A DNA stretch of 64,000 nt, taken from assembly GCA_004022145.1 (NCBI GenBank), contig RCNU01000017.1; one strand, 5' to 3'. This document shows positions 34,701 to 48,208 of the stretch, in pieces. Below the pieces are notes generated by a model. It had not been told where the DNA came from and did no database searches. It was given only the letters and a program-made list of their open reading frames with translations. The DNA is from Paecilomyces variotii. Taxonomy: Eukaryota. A program made the position numbers and the translations under genes. Every line of letters begins with the position of its first letter. Positions within the stretch are counted from its first letter, which is position 1.

Positions 34701-35765
34701 GCGATCAAGCTGAGCAGAGAATGAGCACTGCAGTTCTTGGGAGCGGGGCGGGGGAAGGGGTCGAATTTGCTGTTGGAGCATTTGTTGACGTAGAATCCCG
34801 ACACGTGGGAGGTGATCTGGTGTTGTTCCCCTTCGTTAGTCGTAACCTGGAGGTACAAAAGGTGACCCTTCTGGCGGAGGTGGTATGGAGGTGGGTTCCA
34901 GGGAGAGAGCGAGATAGACTTGATAGTCTTCGGAGGCGGGTTCTCGGACTTGGGTAGGATCGTCTGCAGGGAACTGGCAGCACCAAGGTCGTAGCGCGCC
35001 AGAGGGTGTTCGTCGCCCGACTTCTGTGCTCCGCTGCCGCTTGTCTCCTCCTCAGAGGCAACAGAGTCGTGCAGAGACAGACCAGCGCTAATACCGTGGA
35101 GATTGTCGATGCGGTCTCCCGACGCTCCCATCAGCTCTCTCATTCTGACCACATGCATGCGGGCCTCCTTTTCGGTGTATGGGTCCTCCACCAGGACGAT
35201 CTCGGAGTCCGCCTTGAGGTCCTTGACCTCGGAGAGCTCGACGAAGTCATTGATGCGCTCCCCGTTGAACTCCAAGTGGAAACAGGTATATTGGAACGTC
35301 CCGGGGAGCTCCACTATGGATTGCCGGACATCTTGGACCTGCTCCTGGCTCGAGACCTGGTGACACAAGTCGATTAGCACAGACCTCGACGATCTTGGCG
35401 AATCGTCAACGCACCATCACCTGGATCTTGTAAGGCTCGTGGGGAAGCTTGACGGAGATCTGGAAAAGACCTGGCGCGACCGGGTTAGCATGACCACGAA
35501 CCCACAGCCATGGTCCAAGCAGATCGATATACCTCCAGCATTCTGATCCTCCTCCGCAGCACCCTCGGGGTGGTTGCCATTGGTAAGCTGTTCCTCCGGC
35601 TGGGTGTTGGGAGACTCTGTGCGAGGCCGCGTGTTAGCTCATGACCTTTTTTTTTGGTGTCCGGTAGGCGGCGTGCACACGCCATCCATTGGAAATAGTT
35701 GATGGATCTGAATTCAAGTCTCCGATACCTTTCGAGTTCTCCAGCTCGCCATTAGTCTGTGCCAT
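31751..35765 (-). CDS. CLU1: Clustered mitochondria protein (Clu domain + TPR)
   Basis: Three short 5' exons (MAQTNGELENSK...; LFQISVKLPHEPYKIQVM) precede a long exon with SPWNPPPYHLRQKGHLLYL, RDWNEEFQ, KGLLGTDGRKYVLDLYR, HKRGINIRYLG and C-terminal TPRs. Confidence 0.96.
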
Positions 35766-37189
35766 TATAGTGGTTTGGTTGAGCGGTTGTGAGCAGGTGT
35801 CCAAAAAATGGATGTCTAAAGAACAACACAACACGCAGGAAACGGGAGAGAAGAGAGGGCGTATAGTACAATCAAGGGAGGGTCAATGGAAACAGAAAAT
35901 GACCCCAGGTCCCCAGGAAGAACGACGACGGGAAAACGAAATAAAGACAAGGGAAGTTATCCAAGCTGGTTCTGGGGGAAGCAGGAGAGTCCGAGTCGCA
36001 GCTCAGAGAAAATTTCGCGGATACGGCATTCCATCGGAAGGCCTCGGGGGGCGGCTAAACTGACTGGTCGGGGAAAAGGCAAACCTCCACAATGGACTGT
36101 TCTCCGAGCCGGCTATCTCGAGCTGTTAATTAAATACGATACGATATTTTGACTGTAATAAGTTATATCTCGCGGGCATCTAGAGGAATTATATACAGTT
36201 AATTATTATTACTGTTTCTGTGCTCAATCGTGGACGAGAGGAAAAACTGGTGCACTTCCTTCCTCTAACTAACTCGTCTTTCTTCCCACAGTCCCTAATA
36301 CAATACACAATAATAGTATTCTTTTCAGGCCTCGTATAAACTATATTATCCAACTCCCTAGGAACAGCAGAAAAACCAACAAATAATAGCATCCACATTA
36401 TTGACGTGTAAAACTTCAAACCGGTGTGGTTATTATTACTACTGGTTAGGCTCACGGTTTAGTTAGCCTCGACGCAACCAAGTCCATACATAGTTTAGTT
36501 AAAACTGCCAACAAAGATCGATCATCGCAGTACATAATATTGTAATACATAATAACTTTAATGCTTGGCGTCTCTGGAAAGCTCCGATCGATCGCCAGCT
36601 GTCTAAGTAATTAATTAATCAATAAACAGTTAGACCAAGTGAGCTCAGCTTCTGCAGCCGCCAAGACGCATCGCATCGTGTTGACCAGCTTGGCGGATGG
36701 GAAACCTCGTTTGGGCGAAGCACTGCCACAAGTTGGCAATCATCACTGACGCCCTTTCTTTTTTTTTTCTTTTCTGCTTCCCTCTGCTAGCTGGACTCGC
36801 CGTCTGCTACAGCTCTCTTCTTTATTCATTTATTCATTTATTTTTTACTTTTTTCTCGTCGCTCATTATTATCGGCTTTTTTGCCGCGGAGAACACGCGT
36901 CAAGTGCCTGTTGTACGATCTTAGTTACTGCTCAGTGCCGTGGCTCTCTCAATTCCAAAGGCGCTCTTGGACGCCTGAGATACATTCGTTGAACCCCCCC
37001 TGTCGCTCGTTCTCTCAGTGCGCTATTAACGTATTATTGTGTCGATTCTTATTTCTTTCCCCTTACTCTCCCCTCCGCATCTCACCGCGACTGCGCCACT
37101 CCTACCGGATTAGGTAGTCTTCCACTGCCTCGATGATAATAAGATATCAATAGGGCCGTTCATCTCATTGTAGCGTATAACGGTGGATA

Positions 37190-39063
37190 ATGTATTCATA
37201 TCGGATGATAAGAGCGCCTCTGGCTTCCAATGTCAGAAGATGTCTAGGCGCATCACGACGTTATCCTACACCATATACTTCGCGGCGATTGGACTCGCAG
37301 TTTGTCGGCCAGCCCGATGACGGTGATAAAAAGGGAGACGATTCCGGGCCTACTCTAAAATCCACCATCTTGAAAATGTTCGAATCGGCCGCTACGACCT
37401 TTGCGTCGATTGCTGTTCTGGGGTATGCAATATATACCTAACTAGCTGCAACATCGAAGGAGAAACTGTCCTAACGGTTCTGCAGGCTCGCTGGATATTC
37501 GTATCATAAATACTACAAGCATCTCGTACTCAAGAAGATGGATAAAGCTTTCCAACCGGGTGATCCAGCACTCACAATGGCAGGAGTCGAGGGCTCAGAT
37601 GTCAATGACCCCGATGACCAGGCAGACCACTGGATCGTGCGCGATGAGCAATCCAGGATCGATGGCATTGTCTCTGGCAAAGAGGGCGGACGCTATTATC
37701 TCATGATCGGCGAGAAAGGAACCGGGAAGGCGTCCATGCTGCTGGAAGCAATGCGCAAGGTCAACGGGGATGGGATTGCCGTGGTCGAGGCACATGCTGA
37801 TCTGGAGATCTTCCGGATACGTCTGGGTAAAGCACTGGATTTCGAGTTCCATGAAGAGTGAGTTTATTTTGTCTGTCTTTTGTCTTTGTCTTCTACCTTG
37901 CGATAGCCCAGAGCGCTGACCCGCCCTCACAGTTACATTGGCAGTCTTTTCAGCATTCGAGGCCCGCGTGACACGACTCCGCTCCTTGATATAGAGCGGG
38001 CCTTTAATAAACTGGAGAAGGTCGCTATTGCACGAAGAGAAAAAGGCCACAACCCTCTCGTTCTGATCGTCAACAGCACCCATCTAGTGAGAGATGACGA
38101 TGACGGTCGTGACTTACTCGAGATGATCCAACAGAGGGCTGAGCAATGGGCCGCCAGTAACCTTGTGACGATAGGTAAGTGGCTTCTTCCTTTTCCACTA
38201 CGATCGTGCGTGCTAATATTGCCTTCAGTTCTGAACAGTGATGACTACTGGGTATACGAACGACTAAAGCGATACGCGACCAGAATGGAGGTGATTCCGG
38301 TGCCAGATCTCAACAAAACTCAGGCCATGGCTGCGCTGAAGCAGTATCGGCGGAAGTACTTTGGGGAGGATCTCTCGTCCGAGATCCTCGAGCAGGTCTA
38401 TGACCACGTCGGCGGTCGTCTTTCCTTTCTGAGCCGGGTCGCAAAGGCCGATGATATGATCAAAATGTGTCACACCATCTGTGCTGCGGAAAAGACATGG
38501 TTCCTGAACAAATGCTGGATCTTGGGAGAGGAAATGGACGATGATGTGATGGATGAGCAGAAATACTCGGTTTGTAATCCCTCTGCTATCGTTGGAGGGT
38601 CGTCCCTAACTCTGTACAGTCTGCAGCCATGGTCCTCGCGCAAGCTCTCGTGGAACGGGAGAAAGAGATGAAGCAAACATATGACCCCGAAAGGGGCTAT
38701 ATCCTCCCAGAAATCCCCCTCCACGAAGCACGACAGATTATGACCAGAGCCGATTTCATTCAAAGCTACGACCATGATAACATCTTCACCATCGACTCCC
38801 GCGCGATGGTGCGGGCTGACTCCGTTCCCATGCAAAATGCCTTTCGAGAAATCTGTTCGCGCCCCGGTTTTGCGGAGCACCTCGAGGCCACCCTTGATCG
38901 TATCAGCGCTATTGAAAGCTTGGGCAGAACTCGTGAACTCACCATTAAAGACCTGTGGGATCAGGGCAAGTACAGAATCGTCGTTCGCGATACCAAGGGC
39001 AGGGAAAGCGGAACAGTGGAGTTCTCCGTGGCCGAGAAAGAGGAGAAAGATGGTGACGAGTGA
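37190..39063 (+). CDS. Probable mitochondrial membrane-anchored AAA/P-loop-like protein (5 exons)
   Basis: Arg-rich presequence-like N-terminus, one TM segment (ATTFASIAVLG/LAGYSY), P-loop-like IGEKGTGKAS and VGGRL. GT-AG introns link ORFs 37190, 37538, 38087 and 38629. Confidence 0.78.
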
Positions 39064-39366
39064 ACTCGAGTGGTTTCCATATTCTGATATCTTCTTGATT
39101 GAAAATGTTTTTTTCCCAGAAAAGTTGGCTATGGGCGTGGCATGTGTGTTGGGTGGATGTATGTATTCTTATTTTACTCGGTATATTTCTGCCTAGGAGC
39201 GCAGTTTCTGTGTTATTATTTTATTTATCTTTATTATCATTCACGAGTTTCCAAACCAGTAGAAACAATTGCTTTATACAGTGAAACTAAAAGCAAAATA
39301 CAATAGAATGAGTTGAAGAATGCCGGTTGCGTCGATTGCCCAGCTTACTGCCGGTGACATCATCAC

Positions 39367-40627
39367 ATGGTCAACGCCGACCGGGAAACAAAAACACACG
39401 CGACAGCCACAGCAGCTCCCCTCGCTCAGCGCAGCTCTCTTCTTCCTCCCCCGATCACGCCGTATGCTATCAGCAAGGTCAAGCCATCGCCAACCAGACC
39501 AGAAAGCAGATTTCGCAATAGCGCCGTCCCAGATCCCACAATGCCGAGCCGCAAGACCACCGTCTCGAACCTGACCAAAACGAGTCGCAAACCCAGCAAA
39601 AATGAACCCACCCCGCAGTCGCACGCAAAGGGAATTCCTGCACCGGCACGATTTGTATTGGTGGTGCTTAGCAGCCTGATTCTGAGTTCGGCTCTCTTCA
39701 CGGTGACCTCTATCGTCACCATTGGTGATCTGGGATTTGTTAGCAAACATCTAGAGAAATGGTGGGAAGTGGGAGGATTGATCGCCTGGCGGGCCGTTGA
39801 GCTGGGATTAGCATGGATGCTGGGATTCGATGGTAAGTTCATGTAGCAGACGAGACATGGGTTGGCAATGCTTTACTGACCATCTCTGGCCAGGCCGGGA
39901 CGTGGCTTTCTTCACTCTAATCACCCATTTGCCGACTTTCTCATTGCTGTCGTCCTTCTACGGCGTCCGACCAACGACCACTCTCGCCTCCTTGGCCATT
40001 ACTCTGATCTCGAACACGGTCCCCTTCATGCTTTTGCGCGGCACCAGATGGGTGCATAACCTGACCAATGCCCCGGTGCACGCTGTCAACAACCGCTCGA
40101 TCCTTCAGGACATTCCGACCGCGATCTACACCTCCGTTGCGGCGTCCGCTATCTACGCAGTGTTTTTATACATCAGCTTCTCGACATGGCTCCCAGCTTT
40201 CCTGGTCGTGCACTTTGAGGATATCCCCGACATTCGCACCGCCCACGCTGGCCCTGCCGGTCTGCCCGTGCTGTTCTTGACTCTAATTCCGCTGGGCTAT
40301 GCTGCGCGCGATTTCCTCTTCGTTAGTTCTACCGGATGGACAGATGCGCCCGATGCGACCAAAGCAGATGCCGTTGTTGAGGGGGAGTTCCTCATCAGTC
40401 AATTGTACCGCAAGACGTGGGGTTCATTCTTCCCCAAGACGAAGATTCTGGTGTCGCGTACGTCACTCCTGGCAGCCGTCGTGCTTGTGAACACGATCGT
40501 TCAGGTTGCAGGCACGGTCAAGGGCGTGGATGTCGAAGGTGCGGCAGGCTGGGGTGCGATCTGGGCCACGGCCACTGTGGTTATCGGTGTGACCTTTGGA
40601 TGGATTGAGGGGGTGGACGGTGTATGA
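39367..40627 (+). CDS. Hypothetical multi-pass membrane protein (2 exons)
   Basis: ORFs 39367 and 39830 are joined by an intron near 39833-39892 (GTAAGT..ACTGAC..CAG); several hydrophobic helices. Start may be 39367 or 39541. Confidence 0.75.
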
Positions 40628-41573
40628 GCATTTTCGCCCAGGAGAGATGAGGCGACAGTAAATTTCAGGCCGGGTAAAGGAGCCACTTGTGCGAGACTCA
40701 ATCTCTCGATCAATATAAAACCTCTGAACCTTGCACGGTGTGTTTCAAGTTTCAATTCTTGTTGTGGCCTTCTTTTCTTATATCTTCGTTGCTCTATGTG
40801 ACTTAAAGTTTTACATTTGGTGATAGCGTTGGCGAAAGGAGCGAAACGGCGCCAGGATGACCAGCAGGGACTGGGGTTGGGGAAGAAAAATGCTGTCTTG
40901 TTTTCTTTTATTTATTTATTTTTCTCTTTTCTGTTGATGATGTTATCCAGGATTGATGTATGTATTGTACCGTACTTGTACTTGCCAGACAAGAAATAGA
41001 TATCAAAGTAACCAGTTGCCATATCCCAATTCTTCAATATACCTAGTTATCAGGCACTCACTCACTCACTCACTAGTTTAACAAAGCACCACAAAACCCA
41101 AGAGAATATGAAAGAAACTAATAATTATTCAAAGATAATTCCAACATCTTCTAGATAATGCGGGAAATAATTGTAAACATAGCAGGGCGTGAAAAACTCG
41201 GAACTTTATCTTATCCGATTCAGTAAATATTGTCAGTAATATAATATGAGAGAAAAAAACAAGAAAAAAAGAAAGAAAAAAGAAGGGCTCCGTTGCGCCA
41301 TGGTATATGCAAATGAGAAATCAGAACTTGAACTTAAGTCAGGTATCATGAGAAAGGAAAAAAAAAAAATCATATAACGATAAAAGGGAAAGCTATATGG
41401 TGTATATGTAGGTAGTTATGCAATGAGAAAGAAAAGGGGAAAGGGGGCGCTGAGATTGTTTATGGGAAAAGCAAGACCTCAGCAAAATCTCGTAATTCGA
41501 ATATCAATGAGAAAAAAAAGGGAAGGGAAGAAGAGAGAGTGAGATAAGTTGCGTAGGAATGAATTAGGTCGGT

Positions 41574-42644
41574 CTATGCATCGTTGAACACAGGCTGTTC
41601 GCTCGATTTGGAAGACATCTCCTGTCCGACGTCGACGGAGACGGTTTTCTGAGACGGGATGAACCAGCCCGGATGGATGAAGTTGAAAATAGCAACGGCG
41701 GGCGCCATCATGGCTCCGTCGAGAGCGATGAAGAATCGCTCGTGGGTGATTAGATATCCGGACCAGCCCTGCAGCAGCTCGATTGTTCGGTAGATACTTC
41801 GGATATAGATGCAGGTGATGGAGAAGGCCATGGCTGCCATTAAGGGGACGACGGTGCCGCTCATGGAGCTCAGACGGTGATGGCGCAGCACGCGACGGAA
41901 AAAGTCCGCAGCGCAAGCCACGAAGATGGTGATGGAGGCCAGTTGGAAGATGATACCTGCGACCATTATATCGGTTCCCGGTTTGGTGCTTGTGTTTTGG
42001 TTCGATTCGGACGAAGCAATGCCACCGCCGATGGCTTGGACGACGAGGGAGACCACATCGCAGGTGCAGAAGATCCAGAGATACATGGCGGGACTGAGGA
42101 CGGAGGAGTTGCGTCCGAAGATCTGAATAAAACGCCCCAGAAGCACATATACACCGGCCGTGAAGAATGTCGGTGCTAATTCGAATGTCAGCGGAACCGG
42201 TCACGAACGAGAGAGACTGGCAAGGAAGGGTTGGTTGGTTGATTTCTTCTTGGAAGCATCGTACCTATGATCAATGTGGATATCTGCATCAAAAAGGCAT
42301 TGCCGTTATAGGGGCATTGAGAGGACCATGTCCTGGCTGCCCATCCCAATACTTCCGCTAAGTATTATACCGAGTCAGTCCGTCGTGTTCAAGATATTCA
42401 TGTATGTATGTAAGTATGTATGTACAACAAGCGCTCACTCACTGATGCATCCGACCACAAAGGTGAAACACCACCAATTCCTCTTCCATAGAGCCTGAAC
42501 TGTATGTACAAGCATCGACAGCCCAAAAAGCACGCAGAAAACAATTCCCGCGGCTAGAGATGGTTGATACCCGTAGGGAGGATCAATGCCAGGAATGAGC
42601 GCATGGCAGGTCAGGCTCAGCGCCTTCTTCTCTGCGAACGACAT
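41574..42644 (-). CDS. RTA1-like 7-TM lipid-translocating exporter (3 exons)
   Basis: YGYQPSLAAGIVF, EVLGWAAR, LIIAPTFFTAGVY, CDVVSLVVQAIGGG, IRSIYRTIELLQGW, HERFFIALDG and HPG motifs. Confidence 0.92.
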
Positions 42645-45563
42645 TGTATGAGATACAAATAGAAAAGAAGATCCGGCGCAAGGAGCGTGGCTGCAAACCA
42701 CAGGGGAAAGAAAAGACAGATCCGGTAATGTGTGGAGGACCGTTATATTATTATATACTTTCCCGCACCGTCGGATATCCCATAGACAGATTAGAATAGA
42801 TCCAACTGGGGTCACACTGGTCAGCAGCTGATCTTTTGTTATCGAGACCGAGAGAGCGAATGGCACAGGCTTTAACCATCTCGGCGCGCGCAGAGTTACA
42901 ACGATCGGAGCCCATCAGAGACTCCGACTCCGTTGCGGGTTCGGCCACGGAGTAGATGATGCGTGGAGACGTCCGAGCCGAGCCATCGTGAGTGGCTCTG
43001 GAGCATCATAGCCGATGATGGAGTTTTCTGGCGCGGAGATTTTATACGATCTGACGAATCGTCGACCCTCGCAACCACTGCCGGACGCAGTCTAGCATGT
43101 CTGGAGTTCCTGGAATCATTCCCACCCAGCCTCACAGGGAGACGAATAGACGACTGACAAGGCGGCTCAGACGGAAAACTGTCTCACCATCCCCATGTTC
43201 GATCTCGGATAACGTCTGGTTCGCGAGTCGGGAGTCGACAGAAGAGGATGGTGGAGGCTGAAGCGAACCTAACCTTGTAAGTACTTAGAACCTTGGATGT
43301 GGTTTCTTTCGCTTTACTTACAGTCTTAGACAGGTTGCCCTAAACTATTAATTTAGATAATTATACTCCATCTGGCAACGCCCTACACGAGTCATGTCAT
43401 ACCTCATCTCATCTCTCTACATCTATGGTTCAGTAGAGAATCCAGGTCCTTAGATTTTTAATATCTTCCAGCAACCGAGGGTGGGACCCAACGTTGATGC
43501 ACACCATCGGGCCAAGAAGAATCTTAGCGAGCAGACCATGGTCAACTACTGTTTGGGGAGCCATACTTACTATCTCGATGTTTCTTTCTACTCTTGGCAG
43601 CCGAAAATAACCTCAGATTGTGTGCGGCCTCCCCCAAGCCCGTTGGACAACAGGATGAGAGTGCCGTAAGCACTTAAGGTCTCCACGATCAGCCACAAAT
43701 AAGGCGTTCCGGTTCCTAACTTTCTCACACGTCTCTTGTTTGCATAGGCGCAAGCTATGCACTAACTGCATCGTCTCGGTCCTATCTTAAGGCCGTCTGC
43801 AATATCTTGCTTTTCGCCCGCAAGCCACGACTGTGTCGTGGCTTGATGCTTGATGCGCTGTCAATTGCCTGGCAGAAGTAAATAGGACTGATCTTACCTC
43901 GATGTTATTATTGGATCTTGGGTAGTTTCTACTACTTTCAGGCCCGTTTTCTATTTTTCGACAATGCTAAAGGCATCTATAGGTATTCGGATTCTGCAAT
44001 TTCCCCAATATCGATATTGTGATTAAAAGAAAGCCACGAAGGAAAAGAATCACGCTAGAGCAACAATTGTTTATTATAACTTAGTCTGCAGACTGCGATT
44101 CCAGCATGGATCCTTGTCTAACAACTTTTAATGTAGAGCGATTAATGTTCTACAATGCTCTATGATGTAGATTTTTGTTTAGGTGATATCTAAATCAGGT
44201 ACTTACGACTTCAACAATCTTTTTTTTTAACATAGGTATCTAACTTGATTACTGGTTTTACCAATTTGAGTTAAGCGGAATAGGATCCGACCCGATTATG
44301 GGGCGAGCAGATAAACCAGCATTAAACTAGACAATATAATATAATATAATATAATACGATATGATGCTATGTCTGGATTGAAGATTGAAATTGGTTTGGA
44401 ATTGAATTGCTGAGAGCTTAAGCATTCATTGGCACAATTGGAGAGCCGGTCGGTACGATGGAAGAGGATGGGATAGGATAGAAAGACGAAAAAAGCACAT
44501 TCCGAGGCGCATTCCCCATTCAGCTGGTTAAGCAGATAAGAAAAAACAAGAATTTTAAAGGAGTATGAAATGAGAGGGAAAAATTAAACACATAAATAGA
44601 AAAAGAAGAACATGAGGAAAGGAAAGGTTAAAGTGGAAATGGAAAAAGTGCGTAACATGGTATCTGACTGATGCCAAAAAGGATGTGATGTCCATGGGAG
44701 TGGGTGTAGGGAAAGAAGAGAAAAGCGTTAAGAATAAAGAAGAGGTTTTGTCCTGGGTGAGTCGTTTCGAACTACCAGTTCAAAAAGGGATAGATGGAGA
44801 GAACGTTAACAAAATAATTATTTCGCCAATGCAAAAGGAAATTACCCCAAGAGGCGTCTCCCCCCCCGGGTCTCCCTTTTTCCAAGGTACCCTCTGCTGA
44901 CCTTCGTAACCGAGACTGGAAAGTAAAGTAAAATGCAACGAGATGATGCCGTTCTGCAGATGCTGCAACAGGAAGCGAAATATCAAATCGTGAGATAAAT
45001 CGCTCCCTTCTCTCGCTCCCCGCACGGACGCCGTCCTCGAAAACACCACCTGCCCGTGATTCTTAAAAGCTTTCCGCGAAACGACGAATTTTCTAAGGAA
45101 GAGCGCAATGAAGAACAAGGGGAAAAAAAAAATAATTATAGCGCAAGGCGGTCAAGCGACCCATGGACGGAGCGCAAATAACTAATGCCGGAAATATAGG
45201 CGCCATTTAGAAAATGAGCACAAGTAACAGACAAGACGTGGAAACAGGTCACAGATACATCGCGGGTATTAAAGGTTAGGGGACCAAAGAAACTATTGAT
45301 ACCCCGCTCCATGCCCGTCCCTCTTCACAAAGCGAATATAATATGTCGGCGGAGATATTGACGCGCAGAATAGACGAAAAGAAAAAGATACACAACGCCA
45401 ACCCCAAGATCAATCCAACCCTCTCGCAGCGAAGACGAACGGAGAAGCGGAGTGAAAAAGGCGGAATCGAGGCTAAGGAGAAAGGGAAGAAGAAATGTAC
45501 AAGTTTGGGTATAATGTGATTTCGGTGGTTTTTTTTTCCAGAGAATTATGTGCTCCGCTCCGC

Positions 45564-48208
45564 CTATAAGCTATCGCCTGCGCCTGTTTCGACACCATCC
45601 GTGGGATATACGTTGGGGTCGAACCCAAAACCGGCGGTGTCGGCATCCGTGTTCAGGAAGGTATCAAAATCGAAGTTCTCCAGGATATCGGGGTTCTCCA
45701 GAGCGCTAAAGTCCAGATTGAATGTTGAAGGCTGTCAAACCAGTCAGTCATTATCCTTCTGATAAAACAAGGACGCACAGATGAATCTGTGCATCAGATA
45801 TACGTACATCCGGGATATTGAGATCGTTAAACGACTGCTGGCTGGGGTCAGGCTGTTGCTGAGCCATAGGCTGCGGCGCCGGGGCGGATGTCGGTTGCTG
45901 GGGAGCAGCATTCGTGACATTCGTTCCACCGGCCTTGTTAAAGGAGTTAGGATGCTGGGGAGTAATTGGCGTAGATGGGGTGGGGGTTGGGGGCGGTTCC
46001 GCTTCAGATGAAGGAGTTGCTGCGGCGTTCGCATTCGCGGCAGCCGTTCCCTTCTTCGGACGCTAGGATCGGGCTCAATACAGATAACATAATGGGGGAA
46101 GAGGGTGGGTGTCATGAGGGATACGGTACCTTTCTGCTATCCTTGGCATCCTTCTTGCCCTTGGGGGGTGGCTTATTCGCCTGCTGCGGCGTCGGCGGCG
46201 CACCGCTGGTCTGGGGAGACGAGGGCTGAGTTCGTCCAGCATTGGCACCACCAGCTGCCGGAGCTTGAGGAGGTCCCATCGCACCCGCTCTGTCCTGCGG
46301 AGTACCAGCGGCCTGGGGCTGGTTGACGGGGGACTGTTGCGGTACCATAGGCTGACCCTGCGGGCCTTGCTGGGCCTGCTGCTGCTGGGCCTGTTGCTGT
46401 TGCTGCCAGTTTCCGCCAGGAACTCGGTTTCCAGCTCCGGCATGCTGCTGGATCGGCTGGCCCATCTGAGGACCGCTGAAAGCCGGGTTCGAGCTAGGAG
46501 GACGCATTCCGTTGGGACCCATCATGCCCTCCTGCATGTTCTTCATAAAGAAGGGTCCGCCCATCTCGGGGGGCATCTGACCGCCGTTGAAGTTCATGGA
46601 AGCCGGGGATCCACGGGCGTCACCAGCGCTGGGCGAACCGGGCGGGAGTCCGGTCTGCGGCATCTTGGGCGTCCCTCGTTTCATTTCGTTCGGATTCGGA
46701 GACGTGCCGGTCCTGCTTCCCTGGGGCGAGGTGCCCGGAGGCAACCCCTGCTGCCCGGGCATAGGCTGGCCGTCGGCACGGGCCATGCTATCTTGTTCCT
46801 GGCGGGCCATCATCAAACGCCGCTTGTTCTGTTGCTCCAACAGCATCAGCTGCATCTGATAGTCCTGGAGAGCGTGGTTCCCGTTTTGACCGCCTGGTGT
46901 CTGCATTCCAGGGCGGACCTGACCCATCTGACCGTTGGCGTTGTAGAAATCACCCATTGGCAACATTCCCTGGCCGTCCGGCATTGGCATCAGGTCTCCC
47001 TGGTTCGGCATCACACCGGGATTCATCAAGCCGTTCGGCATGCCCTGGTTATTCATTGCTGAGCGAGAGTGATGTAGAGCCAAGTTCTGAGCATATACCT
47101 GGATAGATTTCTGCTGAGCAGCCGGACCGGACTGCTGGAAAGCCTGGTACTGTGCCGGATTCATCCTTGCGGGCGTGATACCATTCTGCATCAACAAAGT
47201 CTGCGGGTTCGGGTGACCGGGCATACCCTGTCCCTGTCCGCGTCCGTTGGGCGGCATCTGCTGGCCGTTCATGTGGGCGCCTTCCAGACGAGGCCGTTTC
47301 GAAGGAGATGGCGCATTCTCAGCCGAGGACGGGGACTGCGGGCGGTGCCCATTCATATCCATGTCGGATTGGTCTCGCTGCATCTGCTGCTGCATCATCT
47401 GCTGCTTCTGGAATTGCGCTATTTGCTGCTGGGTTCTGTTCATCCTGTGTGTAAGTAGTGTCACCTGGGGGGATAGGGATAAGACGGAAGAGAAAAAAAA
47501 TAATAATAATGGACACGTACAACGCGGAGTTATTCTGCAGAACCGTCTTCTGCAGGTTAGGGACCATGCCATTGCGGCGCATTATCTGCTGACCCATCTG
47601 GCCAGGCATCATCGGCTGTTGGCGTAATAGATGACTTTGCTGCTGTTCTCTGAGGCGCATCATGTTCTGGTGGCACGAACGTCAGCCCGCGTAGTCGAAT
47701 CCAGCTGGTGGTTCATACATACCTGGGTGTGTTGGAGATACTGTTTAGCATCATTGCTATTGCCCCGCTTGCGCTGGGCCCAGAAGATGTCCCAGAACAG
47801 ACTGAACCAGTCGAGCAGGAAAGACGACTGCTGACTATCGCTTGGCAAGTTGGGACGTGGTAGATCATCGGGGATTTTGATCTTTTCACCGTCTTTGCTG
47901 TCTCCCATCATGGTGTCGCCGTCAACACCGTTCGCGTCACCATCGCGACGGTGACCAGGACTCGTCTTTGTTGGTCCTTCCGTGTTCAGTTTAATCGATT
48001 CGTCTTGCACCAACGCCCTGGCGCAGTCATGATAACCCCGCTTGAGAAAGTAGTCATAGATATACGTGTTGAGATGGTTGATCATTGTCTCCTGGACGTT
48101 ATGCATCGCACCATCGCGGGGGGCCGTCGAAGCGCTGTTTATCATGGGAATTCCACCCACAGGGCCACCAGCCCCGGGATTCATCCCACCTACATTCATT
48201 TGATTCAT
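45564..48208 (-). CDS. somA: Som1/SomA (Flo8-like) LisH/LUFS transcriptional regulator
   Basis: LNTYIYDYFLKRGYHDCARAL (LisH), FLLDWFSLFWDIF, HALQDYQMQLMLLEQQNKRRLMMARQEQD, ATPTPSTPITP and LENFDFDTFL; Q/P/G-rich and multi-exon. Confidence 0.93.

Noticed and set aside
31984-35377. Many antisense and alternate-frame ORFs over CLU1 (likewise over somA, BOR1 and the ferric reductase)
   Set aside because: They are shadow ORFs caused by GC3-rich codon usage, with no recognisable motifs.
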